Below, one piece after another: positions 22,301 to 32,100 of a stretch of 64,000 bases of DNA (the first letter of the stretch is position 1; each line of letters starts with the position of its first letter). The notes beneath the pieces are model-generated. The model searched no databases and was not told the DNA's origin. It saw only the letters and a program-made list of their open reading frames with translations. The translations under genes were made by a program, and so were the position numbers. Origin of the DNA: Opitutia bacterium (GTDB lineage Bacteria > Verrucomicrobiota > Verrucomicrobiia > Opitutales > T3Sed10-336); assembly GCA_050506795.1 (NCBI GenBank), contig JBJHCF010000028.1, positions 1 through 64,000 of the forward strand, written 5' to 3'.

Positions 22301-24221
22301 GAATGAGCGCTTCCGCTGAAAATGCCCGCGCCACTTCCCCGCGCGGGACGCCGTCGTCGAATACGGCCACGCTATGGCTCGATCCGGATTGGCGTCTGGC
22401 AATGGCCACCGATTCCCCGCCTCCGGGGAGCACCTCCAGGTCAAACGTATAAAGCGGACCGAAATAATCGAGCCCAGGTCCGAACTGAAGATCGACCTCC
22501 CATTGATCCAGATCGATTCGCGCGATCCAATGGTTGTTACGGGTCACCACGTAAAGAGCGGAGTAATCATCGGAAAGCCGAAGGCGCACCGGCTGAGGCC
22601 CGGCATAAATCGTTCCGGTGACCTCACCGGACGACACGTCCAGGGCAACCAAGTGGTTGCCAAACCTGGGATGCTCACTCCCGATGCTGGCATAAAACAC
22701 CTCCCGAACCGGATCGGAGGCAAAATCCGTTACATGGCTCAATCGTTCGGCGACAATGCGATGTCGCATTTCCTGACCGGACCCCCAGATCGCGGCATCG
22801 GCTTCCGCCGCCGACGGTTTTGGATTCCGCGTGTCGGACACAGCCGTCGCCGACAACTCCAGACGTCCGGTTTTCTCCGGAACTGCGCGAATTGCAATCT
22901 CGGCGGTCTCGCCGACGGCAAGGAGGTTCCGTTCGAATTGAATCGCCCCGTCGGACGCGGCAAGTGGGTCCCCGTCTCCGGTTGCCTCAATCAGTCTAAG
23001 GCCTTCGGGAACTGTGTGATTTAGGAGAACGGACTCAGCCTCATCCGGTCCGCGATTGGTGGCGACAACACGATAACTGATTTCCTGGTCAACCCACGCG
23101 TCGAGGGAACCGAATCTAATTTCCGTCTCCAGGCGGGCTTCGGCTCTTCCTGCAGGTATTGCTTCTGATTCGAGGACAACCAGTCTGTTTTGGTTCGTCC
23201 TTAAAGCGAGCCCCATGCTTCCCCACCGAACAAGCTGAACGGGAAGTCCCCAGTGTGTGGGCCGTGGAAGCCGTTCTATGCGGGTAAAGGTGTCGGTCTC
23301 GTAAACGTCAAGCCAGCTTCCATCTCCGCGTGATGCCTGAAATAGGCGGCCGCTCTCCGGATCGACCGCCACCGGCCCCGGAGTTTTCAGAAACGCGATG
23401 ATCTCCATGTCGTATGGGTCGACGATTTCGCCGCCAAATCCGACGATCCAGCCATTGATAAAACTCGCGTGCCCACTGCTAAACAGGTCGGAAAATTGGT
23501 CAACGTGCCGGATACCTTCGCTGTCGATTTCATACCGATGAAATCTGCTGCCGTCGAAGCCGAAGAGGCGATCGGGATCGCTGCCGAACAGAATTTGCCC
23601 GTTTCTTTGGAGTCGGTCGGATCTCTCGCCACGACTGACTCCGTCGTCGAATATTGCCACTCCGCTCTGGGCGGTCGAGCCGGTCGAATGTAGTGGCACC
23701 GCCACAGTCCGCGGCTGCCCGGGCATGACCTGGATGTCTCTCGGATAAAGCGCCTCACCGACGGCAATCACCGGACCGACGGAAAGATCCTCCAAGTCGA
23801 TTTGCCGGTAACCGCGATCGCCCCGAAGTGCGACATAGAGAAAGCGATGGTCGTCGGAAATAGCGATGGCGATCGGGTCCGACCCAACCTCGATCACCTG
23901 TTCGGCTTCCATGGTCGACGGGTTGACGCCGACAACACGGTCTGCATACAAGGGGTCCGACGGTTGAACCGAAAGCCAGAGGATGTCCCGTGTCGCATCG
24001 TATACCATGTCACTGCTGTCGAGTTCCATCGTTGTTCCGAAGGGCTCGTCAGCACGGACTACTGTCGATGCGAAGGCAGCGCACAACGCCAGGACGGCGA
24101 CGCAACGCCAGAGACCGCCATCCGGCCAAAAGAAACGGAGCGGTACCCGTCGGGTAAAGAGGTGGGACAATAATTGCATGGCTGATCTGGATGTAATCAT
24201 GAATATCCCTCGGGAAATCAC
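19362..24221 (-). CDS. Large secreted surface protein, paralog 3 (2x beta-propeller, 2x DUF11, Calx-beta-like, FN3/CBM-like, Ig, conserved C-terminal domain)
   Basis: Signal peptide (VVRA-DE); VGSDPIAIAISDD; NRGPDEAESV; VTVPAGATSVSF..DNDILDG; TYYWQVV..PVWSF; GTGA overlap with the upstream paralog. Confidence 0.88.
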   Translation of the reverse strand: MISRGIFMITSRSAMQLLSHLFTRRVPLRFFWPDGGLWRCVAVLALCAAFASTVVRADEPFGTTMELDSSDMVYDATRDILWLSVQPSDPLYADRVVGVNPSTMEAEQVIEVGSDPIAIAISDDHRFLYVALRGDRGYRQIDLEDLSVGPVIAVGEALYPRDIQVMPGQPRTVAVPLHSTGSTAQSGVAIFDDGVSRGERSDRLQRNGQILFGSDPDRLFGFDGSRFHRYEIDSEGIRHVDQFSDLFSSGHASFINGWIVGFGGEIVDPYDMEIIAFLKTPGPVAVDPESGRLFQASRGDGSWLDVYETDTFTRIERLPRPTHWGLPVQLVRWGSMGLALRTNQNRLVVLESEAIPAGRAEARLETEIRFGSLDAWVDQEISYRVVATNRGPDEAESVLLNHTVPEGLRLIEATGDGDPLAASDGAIQFERNLLAVGETAEIAIRAVPEKTGRLELSATAVSDTRNPKPSAAEADAAIWGSGQEMRHRIVAERLSHVTDFASDPVREVFYASIGSEHPRFGNHLVALDVSSGEVTGTIYAGPQPVRLRLSDDYSALYVVTRNNHWIARIDLDQWEVDLQFGPGLDYFGPLYTFDLEVLPGGGESVAIARRQSGSSHSVAVFDDGVPRGEVARAFSAEALIPTHTPDEIFGVRSRDLRSYSIDESGVWLRENLGGFLPTHLGLRQAINVNGTVYLSGGEVVSLAGPTLIGTYGTPENFRNGIVLDQERRRTVFLRGAGDLLAYNTDTFDQTSRLPIPWFSQPTGPLLQVDETRLAFLGEGSIVFMDTSVTSTGRSNLAVAIENPPADMRVGMTWTYTIKLANEGGEPVTQLTISQPSAGTWLDIDAVDTSMGTSQVVNRSFEVYIESLGAGETAEIAVTIRPRTVRSFTTPVLEITSVEVDENPSLRHWELPFESRSEGTLFVELPGEASEGDGILAGAGTVRLGEAEAFDVVVTLVSSDYSKLLDPGEVTVPAGATSVSFDLEVVDNDILDGSQTVSVSASAAGFETGSASMVIHDNEEGGLELLLPDSLAHEVIATGEVRIAAPAANSITVTLSTEGPGWLTLPETVVIAGGNNSAVFEFSASSLIPPAEGVWAPVTASVSGWSAVDASLLVLPPPPDRPFNPSPGRASEFVGTSPLLVWNEVGSQELLVNGGFSTGDFHGWDWELTGEGGWVVDDGTFDPPGPLEPQPPMSNPYSALSYHDGEGTATLYQDVYLPHGANEIRLFWSHKIFNYASDYYPGSQEFQARLYSSNGDLLETLFTTQPGSFGSGNLDFRLADLTQYAGRQVRLAFSQTHNEGFLNVFIDFASITAFYSNENVVDGDVFDVYLGTSPYLTPEDFYATVEEPELPVAGLEKGVTYYWQVVMRRGEQTSFSPVWSFSTAAIGVEIVPPEGPTSDDPLDFEISFSAPVNPPQVDQFTIENSLGASISGEGANYLLSVIPAEYGEVTVHLPANRVRNADGDGTAASTIASVFFIAPVSFDRWREGYFTAAERNNDPEGTGLHGDAGEKGVPNYLRYAVGMRDGEVDRSLLPRLDIAESGEGRFLDLIFHRLHEAVDAEYLIETSTDLKTWTPAEEFLEGVVVEDAGYTERVVARIRDPLVDDQRLFLRLRVEKRENQ

Positions 24222-27200
24222 GGTCCTTCTTCCGTAGGTACGTGAATGGCCCGAAGGCGTAGAAACCGGTGGCCGGAAGGGTTGAAATCCTCGTTAAAGC
24301 GAACGGTTATCCTCTGGACGGATACCTTGTCATCCATGGAGACAATCTCCGTTATCTCATCCGCGTTCGACCAATACTGGAGGTCGTCCGAGACTTCGAG
24401 CACGTACTCGACATCGACGGGATCCCGCAGCCGGTGAAATACGAACTCGATCCCTCCTTCCGCCGCGGGGTGTTTCACGGCCCTGGGCAGGAGATCAAAG
24501 TCCATCGCACCGTCGTGCATACCCAATGCGTAGCGGAGGAAATTCGCCATTCCGGTGCTCCCGGCGTCACCGTAAGGACCGGTCCCCTCCGGATCCGCGT
24601 GCCGCTCTCCCGCGGAAAAATAGGACTCGCGCCAACGGCTGAAGGACGGAGAGCCGAAATAAAACACCAAAGCGACGTCCGAAGGCGCATTGCCCTCCTC
24701 CTCGCCATTCCGCACGGCATCGGCCGGTAGAAACACGGTCACGTTTCCATACCCTTCCGGGAAGATGCTCAAGGTGTACTCGGCGCCCTCGCCGGAAATC
24801 GAAGCCTGCGCCGCGTTGCCGATGACGAAACTCTCAATCGACGGGGTCTGAACGGGTTCGCTGAATACTACCTCGAATGCCAGCTCTTCGTCATCCGTGG
24901 GTCCGGCCGGCGCGGTGATCCACGCCTCCAATCCGGCGGACCGGAACGACCATACCGGACCCTCGACCGTGTGCGGACCGCGGCGCACCACGACTCGCCA
25001 ATAATAGGTGGTTCCGTACTCCAATCCCTCAACGCCAAGTTCCGCCGAGTCGGAGGTGGCATAAAAATCTTCCGGCCCAAGTTCGGGAGAAGTACCCAGG
25101 TAAACGTCATACTGCTCGCCCGCGACCGGCGTCTCTTCCGGAAACTCGGCCTGGATGGAAACATTGTCCAGGGACACGTTCAAAAAGCCTTCGCTGTCGG
25201 TTTGGATGAACACGAGCCGGACTTGCTCGCCCTGAAACTCCGTCAGATCGACCTCGCGGGTCTGCCAGGATGTCTGGAGGGGAAATCCGGGTTTGGTCAC
25301 GAACAGTTGCCGGGAGAAACTGCCGTTAACCGCTTCAAATTCCACCCGAAACTCCTGTAAATCCGCCCGGTAACGGGTCGCGCCGTTTCGTATCCGATCG
25401 GTCCACCGCAAGGTGATCCGTTCCGCGCCGGCGGGCAGATGCAGTTCCTGGTAAAGGACGTTGGTGCCCGGACCGTTTTGGTAGGAAACCGCATTGAAAC
25501 CTTCGCTCAACGGCGGGTGCGGTTCCACCGGACCGGGCGGATCAAATGTCCCGTCGTTGATCGCCCATCCGCCGTCGCCGGTGGCCGTCCGGTGCCAACC
25601 GAAAAAATCTCCGGTACCGAAGCGGCCGTTGACCACCCATTCCGACGCTTCCGAATCGTTCCAAGTCAAGGTCGGCGTCGTGCTGGCGAAATGGCTGGTT
25701 GTAAACGGAAACGGATTGAACGGTGACACCGGCTCGGACGGGTGCACCAGCACTTCCGCCGCACCGTCCAGCCAGCCGGGAGCTGATGCCGTAAGGGTGA
25801 CCGTCACGCCATCGATCGGCACCTGACGATCCGCGACTTGGACCGGGAAGGACACGCGGTCCGTTCCGGCGGGAATGACGACCGTCTGAGGCGCCAGTAA
25901 CCAGCCTGCTTCCACCGTAACGAGAGTCACTTCCGCCGCGGACCACGTTACACGGTCGATCAGAATCTCGGCATTCGCCACATCTCCTCGGACCAGGGAT
26001 TCCGGCGCCGCCACCACAATCGCAACCTCGATATTGTCCTGAATCGCTATTTCCGCGGAAGCGTCCGAGAAGCCGGTCGCTTGCGCCGAAACGGTCACCA
26101 ACGTCGTGCCGTCGAGCAGATCGTTGTCGATCACTTCGATATCGAACGCCGTCGCGGTTTCGCCGGCGGGAATGGTCACACTCTCCGGAACCAGCAGCCT
26201 CGAGTCGTCCGACCCGCTCAAAGCCACCATAACATCGAAAGCCTCGGGTTCGCCGATCGTCACGGTTCCCGCCCTCTCCAGTACTCCATCCCCTTTGCCG
26301 GCTTCAGCCGGCAACTCCACTCCCAGCGATCCCGGATTACCGACGGTGAATGGCAGGAGCTGTATCCGCTGCTCGCCGTACTCGTCCGCCTCGACGCTCA
26401 GAACCTCAAATTGCGGGTTGTAATTCCAGGGCCGCGTCGGTCGTATCGTGACCGCGAGCTCAATGGATTCTCCGGGAAGGAGGGTCCCGGCCTCGACGGT
26501 AAACGTGTCGGATAGCAAAGTCGTGACGCCTCTCGAGCTTTCAACCGCGTCGATGACAAGGTCGGAAACGGGGGGCTGCCGGAGCGTGACTTCGGTCATG
26601 GGCGTTTCTCCCAGATTGGCCACCTCGACCGTGTAGGTCCAATCCATACCCCGGCGCATATCGACGGGCGGGTTTTCCAAAATCACGTCCAGGTAGCCCG
26701 GCTCCACCGACGCGACGGTCGTATCCACGAAAAAAAGACGTTCCTCGTCGGCAAACGCCGCCCCCGTTTCCCCCCACAACGCCAGCGGGGTTCTCACGGT
26801 GCGGGGGTGCGAGGTGAAGAAGGGCACTCTCGGTATAAAGTCGCCGGGTACCTCCCACTGAGCGGTTTGGATGAAATCATCCAGACGAAACGCCTCGATC
26901 GTCCCGGAACCGCCGAGAAATAACACGCGGTTTACCCCGGGCAGCGGAACCCCGTCAATCCGGTCGCTCGTCGGCGACCCGTACGTACCCACCCGGGAAA
27001 GACCCTCGGGATCGATCACTATTCCCTCATGCTGATACACCAATCCGTCGGCGTAGCGGAGCCGTGACGGGTCGGTCAGCAAATTGCTCGTATTATCCTG
27101 ATGCGTCACCCCGTCGGCATCGACCCAAAACCGGTGAAAATCACTGGAGGAACGGAAACCGTACAACCGGTCCCCGGTCTCGTTCGACACAAAGGAGCTC

Positions 27201-29116
27201 GCCATGCGATTTCCGGGGCTTACCACGGACCGCATTAACCCCTGATCAAAAACGGCAATCCCTTCCCCGCTGGTATGCCACCCCATGGCCACCGCGAGCG
27301 AATCCGGCTGTCCGGGCAACACCACCATATCCCACGCTTCACGCTGGAACCTCGAATTCGTAAGGCCCAGACCAAAAATCAAATCTTTTTCGCCCTCCTC
27401 CAAATCGATCCGCGCCACCATCGTCCTGTCCCGGATTACCACGTACAGATAACGGCCGTCGTCCGAAATCGCCAACCGGCCCGGATTCGCTCCGGCAAAA
27501 TAACTTTCGATCACTTCGCCGCTCATCGGATCCAGCGCCAGGACGTGGTTGCCGTAGAGCGGATCCTCCATGTTGACGCTCGCGTAAACAACCGGCTCGT
27601 CCGGCGCCGGAACCAGGTGTTCCACCCGAAGAAATCGCTGCCCCCGTATCCTGTGTGGCGATTCATAGGCATGAATCCGCAACGCCGCCTTACCGACAGA
27701 CCCGGCCGGCCTGGGGTCGAACGTCTCCGAGCTCGCAGTCGCCGACAACGGGTAAATATTCGCCCCCGGAGGCGTGCCCCGCACCGTCAATGTCAGTGTA
27801 TCCCCTGCCGGGAGCAAATCGACCGAGACTTCGACGGTGTCCTCCGAAACCTCGACTGTTCCCCGGTCGGCCTCGGCGTCTTCCACGTCCAGGATCCCGA
27901 TCGTTTCATGAGAGAGCCGAACATTCGCGGCATCGTCCGGCCCGGCGTTGCGTACCAGAATCCGGTAAACCGCCTCCTCCCCTTCCAGAGCGTCGTACGG
28001 ACCGGACAGGATCTCGGTACGCAAGTCCGCCCTAGGGCCGTCCGGCGAAATAAACGCTCCCCGCATCACCACGAGTTGGTCGTTCATGGTGCGGACCGCC
28101 AGTCCGTCGTCCCCCCAACGGACCATCTGCAGGGAATGGCTCTGCAGGCCGTCAACGGCGGTGGACCGTTTAAAGGTGAAGGTATCGGTATCGAAAACCG
28201 ACAACTCCAGGCCGCGAAACCAGAAAATGCTTCCCAAATCCCGGTCCGCCAGCGCCGAACCGGATTCGGAGGAGCCTGGTGACCGAGGCCCCATGACCGC
28301 CACCTTCTCGAGATTGTACGGATCAACAACGGCGCCGCCGCGTGACACGATCCAACCGTCGGAGAATGCCAGTTCCGTCAGACCGCCCGTCATCAACTCC
28401 CGTACCGAGTCCACGAGACGAACGCCCTGAGCGTCGACCTCCATCCGGTAAAAGTCGCGCCCGGAGGTGGATGAATTAAAACCGAACAATATCGCCGGAT
28501 CACTCCCAAACGTTATGTGACTGGCGGTGACGGTGGTGGCTGTGCTGTCCGGCCGTTCCACTCCGTTGTCGTATATCGCCACGCCGCGTTCCGGCGTGAT
28601 CACACCGGAACGTCCCCGGGCTACGGCCACCGCATAGGGCTCCCCAGGGATCGGCTTGATGTCGATCACGTAATAACTGCCAAAATCATCACCCCCGATC
28701 GGGTAGATGGGGCTGACATAATCCCGGGCGGGATCGATGGACTGATATCCGCTCGCCCCCCGCAATCCCACGTGGAGAACGCTATCGTCATCGGCGATCG
28801 CCAAAACCACAGGATCCGATCCGACCGGGAAAGACCGTTCGATCTCCATGGATTCCGGATCGATGCCAATAACCCGGTTGGCATGCAAGGGCGACGAAGT
28901 CCTGACCGTCAGCCAGAGAAGATTTCGGGTTTCATCGTACACCATCCCCCCGCTTTCGATCGACAGTGTGCGCACCTGCAATTCGTCCGCCGCAAGGGAC
29001 ACCGTGAGCAGGACCGCGCCAGCCGCCGAAAGGAGGGGGCGCAGGCGGGAAATCATTCGTAATGAAAAATGAATGCGACGCATCGATCTGATTTCGGAGC
29101 CCAATGTGAAACTCAT
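24218..29116 (-). CDS. Large secreted surface protein, paralog 2 (same architecture)
   Basis: Collinear motifs: VGSDPVVLAIADD, NAGPDDAANV, VTIPAGETATAF..DNDLLDG, TYYWRVV..PVWSF, C-terminal FLRLR. Confidence 0.88.
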   Translation of the reverse strand: MSFTLGSEIRSMRRIHFSLRMISRLRPLLSAAGAVLLTVSLAADELQVRTLSIESGGMVYDETRNLLWLTVRTSSPLHANRVIGIDPESMEIERSFPVGSDPVVLAIADDDSVLHVGLRGASGYQSIDPARDYVSPIYPIGGDDFGSYYVIDIKPIPGEPYAVAVARGRSGVITPERGVAIYDNGVERPDSTATTVTASHITFGSDPAILFGFNSSTSGRDFYRMEVDAQGVRLVDSVRELMTGGLTELAFSDGWIVSRGGAVVDPYNLEKVAVMGPRSPGSSESGSALADRDLGSIFWFRGLELSVFDTDTFTFKRSTAVDGLQSHSLQMVRWGDDGLAVRTMNDQLVVMRGAFISPDGPRADLRTEILSGPYDALEGEEAVYRILVRNAGPDDAANVRLSHETIGILDVEDAEADRGTVEVSEDTVEVSVDLLPAGDTLTLTVRGTPPGANIYPLSATASSETFDPRPAGSVGKAALRIHAYESPHRIRGQRFLRVEHLVPAPDEPVVYASVNMEDPLYGNHVLALDPMSGEVIESYFAGANPGRLAISDDGRYLYVVIRDRTMVARIDLEEGEKDLIFGLGLTNSRFQREAWDMVVLPGQPDSLAVAMGWHTSGEGIAVFDQGLMRSVVSPGNRMASSFVSNETGDRLYGFRSSSDFHRFWVDADGVTHQDNTSNLLTDPSRLRYADGLVYQHEGIVIDPEGLSRVGTYGSPTSDRIDGVPLPGVNRVLFLGGSGTIEAFRLDDFIQTAQWEVPGDFIPRVPFFTSHPRTVRTPLALWGETGAAFADEERLFFVDTTVASVEPGYLDVILENPPVDMRRGMDWTYTVEVANLGETPMTEVTLRQPPVSDLVIDAVESSRGVTTLLSDTFTVEAGTLLPGESIELAVTIRPTRPWNYNPQFEVLSVEADEYGEQRIQLLPFTVGNPGSLGVELPAEAGKGDGVLERAGTVTIGEPEAFDVMVALSGSDDSRLLVPESVTIPAGETATAFDIEVIDNDLLDGTTLVTVSAQATGFSDASAEIAIQDNIEVAIVVAAPESLVRGDVANAEILIDRVTWSAAEVTLVTVEAGWLLAPQTVVIPAGTDRVSFPVQVADRQVPIDGVTVTLTASAPGWLDGAAEVLVHPSEPVSPFNPFPFTTSHFASTTPTLTWNDSEASEWVVNGRFGTGDFFGWHRTATGDGGWAINDGTFDPPGPVEPHPPLSEGFNAVSYQNGPGTNVLYQELHLPAGAERITLRWTDRIRNGATRYRADLQEFRVEFEAVNGSFSRQLFVTKPGFPLQTSWQTREVDLTEFQGEQVRLVFIQTDSEGFLNVSLDNVSIQAEFPEETPVAGEQYDVYLGTSPELGPEDFYATSDSAELGVEGLEYGTTYYWRVVVRRGPHTVEGPVWSFRSAGLEAWITAPAGPTDDEELAFEVVFSEPVQTPSIESFVIGNAAQASISGEGAEYTLSIFPEGYGNVTVFLPADAVRNGEEEGNAPSDVALVFYFGSPSFSRWRESYFSAGERHADPEGTGPYGDAGSTGMANFLRYALGMHDGAMDFDLLPRAVKHPAAEGGIEFVFHRLRDPVDVEYVLEVSDDLQYWSNADEITEIVSMDDKVSVQRITVRFNEDFNPSGHRFLRLRAIHVPTEEGP

Positions 29117-29154
29117 AACGGGATTCCAAGTAAGGATTGACCGTGCAGGTTGAC

Positions 29155-32100
29155 TCAGGGCAACGGCTCGGTTTCCGCACTCCGGATGCGCAAACGCATA
29201 AAAAGGTGTCGCTTGTCGTGGCTTCCATTCTCACCGAGATACCGGACCACGACCCGCTCCACCGAGCCGGCTTCCTCAACCGATACCACTTCAAAAAGCT
29301 CCTCGTCGTTCGACCAGTTCCGCAGATCGGAGGAAACCTCGACGCTCACCTCGACATCCACCGCATTCGGCGAACGGTGATAAACGATCACCGGAACCTC
29401 GGTCCCTTCTACCTCGACAAAGGCCATCCGGGGAAACAGCGAATGCTCAATCTCTCCGTGGAACATTCCCAGCGCGTAACGCATCAGGTTCGGCACGCCC
29501 TTCCCCCCGGCGTCACCATCGACGCTCGTCCCCTCGGGGTCCTGCTGGCGTTCCGTCGCGCTGAAGTAAAGCTCCCGCCACCGCTCGAACGAAACCGGAC
29601 CCAAATAAAACACAGCCGCATGCACCGAGGCCGCGTTTCCACCCCCTTCGCCATTCCGAACTGTATCCGCAGGCAAATACGCCGAAACCTCGCCGTACTC
29701 AGCGGGCACAACACTCAATGTGTACTCGGCTCCTTCCCCGGAAAGCCAAGCCTCGGCAGCGTTGTGGATTACAAAATCATCGACCGACAACCCGACAACC
29801 GGCTCGGAGAACGCGACGTCGAAGACAAGCAATTCATTGACTGTCGGGCCTTCGGGAGCGGTGATCACCACATCCATTGCCGCGGTCCGGAACGACCAGA
29901 CCGGACTGCTCGCCGTCTGCTCGCCACGCCGCACAACAACCTGCCAATAGTACGTAGTCTCTGGCTCCAATCCGTCCAGACTGACTCCCCGCGCATTCAC
30001 AACCTGGAACAAATCCTCCGGCCCAAGGTAGGGGGTCTTTCCCAAATACACTTCGAAGATATCTTCGTCGATGGAGGTGTCGTCGGGAAAGTGGGCCACA
30101 ACTGACACGTTGTCGACAAACACGTTCAGGTAGCCGTTACTGTCAGTTTCGATGAATTCGAGCACGACGTGTTCTCCCTGAAACTCCGTAAGGTCACCGG
30201 AGTCGAACCGCCAGGACGAGATCAGCGGATGCCCGGGCTCCGTCGCAAAAATCGTTTTTCCAAACGCGCCGTCCACCTCATGAACCTCCACGCGAAACTC
30301 CTGCGCGTTCGCGCTGTAATCCGCGCCGCTGTTGTAGATCCTGTCCGCCCAACTCAGCGAAATCGTTTCGACGCCATGCGGCAGGAGCACCTCCTGGAAA
30401 AGCGTGTTCGTCCCCGGTCCTGTCTGATACGAAACCGCGTTAAAACCGTCGCTTAACGGAGGCTGCGGCCCCACCGGCCCGGGCGGATCGTACGTCCCGT
30501 CGTTCATCGCCCAGCCTCCGTCACCGGTGGAGACCTGCTCCCAGCCGCGGAAGTCCCCGGATGAAAACCGTCCGTTTACGATCAATTCCATGGACGTCGC
30601 CTCATTCCAGCTCAGCGTCGGCGAGGTGCTGGCAAACCGGCTTAACGAAAGCGGGAACGGGTTAAAGGGAATCCCGGGAGGCGGCGGCATCACCAACATC
30701 TCCGCGCTGCCATCGGTCCATCCCGGAACGGATGCGGAAAGCGACACGATCTGCCCGTCAAGAGGAGGAAGGGCATCCGAGACTTTGACCGAGAATTCCA
30801 CCGAGGGCATCGATCCGGGCCACAAGGCAACCGTTTCCGGAAGGGTGACCCACTCCGGGTGCTCCGTGGAGAGTTCAACCATAAAGGTCGTGTGCGACGG
30901 CCGATCTATGAAGATTCGACCGGTCACGGTATCCCCTTGTTGGACGTTCTCCGGGACATCAATTGTGATCACGGCGCTATCGTTGTCGTGAACGATGATG
31001 GATACCGAATCCGAGGCAAATCCCGCCATCTGGCCCGTAACGTTCACCGAGCGACTGCCGTCCAGCCGGTCATTGTCAACGATCTCCAGGTCAAACGTTG
31101 CGGAGGTATCCCCGGCCGGAACCGTTACCGATCCAGGGACGACAAGTCTGGATGTGACCGAGGAGGACAGCAACACGATCGCATCAAACAACTCCGGCTC
31201 ACCAAGGGTGACCGTCCCGGCTGCTTCGAGCACACCATCGCCTTCCGTCGCTTCGTCCGGGATATCAATTGTCAGTTCGCCCTGGGGTTTGGACTCGAAG
31301 GCATATTCCTTCACCAGAACCGAGGGGTCTTCGGCCTCTTCGAATGTGGTGACTCCTATCCACAACCCGTAGGATCGGACGAGGGACGGCCGCACCGTCA
31401 CGGTCACCTCGACCGTTTCCCCCGGCTCCAGGGATTCGACAAAAACCTCAAACCTGCCGAAATGGGATGTCACGGTTCCCATTGTGCTTTCCACCCTTAC
31501 CAGTGTTAATGAATTGATCCTCTGCAGATCGATTTGCAGGTCCGTTACCCTGACATCCCCTTCATTGGTCACCCGGGCAAGACTCGTCCACGACATCCCG
31601 ACGCGCATATCGACGGGTTCGTTCTCGACTTCGAGTGCGAGATTGGCCCGTTCGTTATCGGCGATACCGCTTTCCAATAGAATCAGGGAGCCCTCGCGGG
31701 CGAATGCCATGCGGTTGCCGTTGTGGACGATCAATGGCGCTCGGGCCGTACCGACATGGGGAATATTCCAGGTTGCGACCGGATCCGTGCTGTCCAGCAC
31801 GAAGGACTCGATCTCACCGGTATCGCGTAGAAAAAGCGCCCGGTTCAGTTCGGGAAGCAGTGCCACGCTTTTGCGGGCATTGTTTTCTTCCCCGAATACC
31901 CCCGCCACCGTAAGGTCGCCCGCGTTGACAATCGTTCCCACGTTCGAATACACCCGGCCGTCGAAATACGTAAGCCGATGGGAAGGACCCGTAAAGAGAT
32001 CGTTTGCCGAGTCGAGATGCGTGACGCCCGTGGGGCCCACGGAGAATCGACGAAAAATACGGCTTGATTCCTGGAGGCCGTAGATCGTGGACCCGGTATC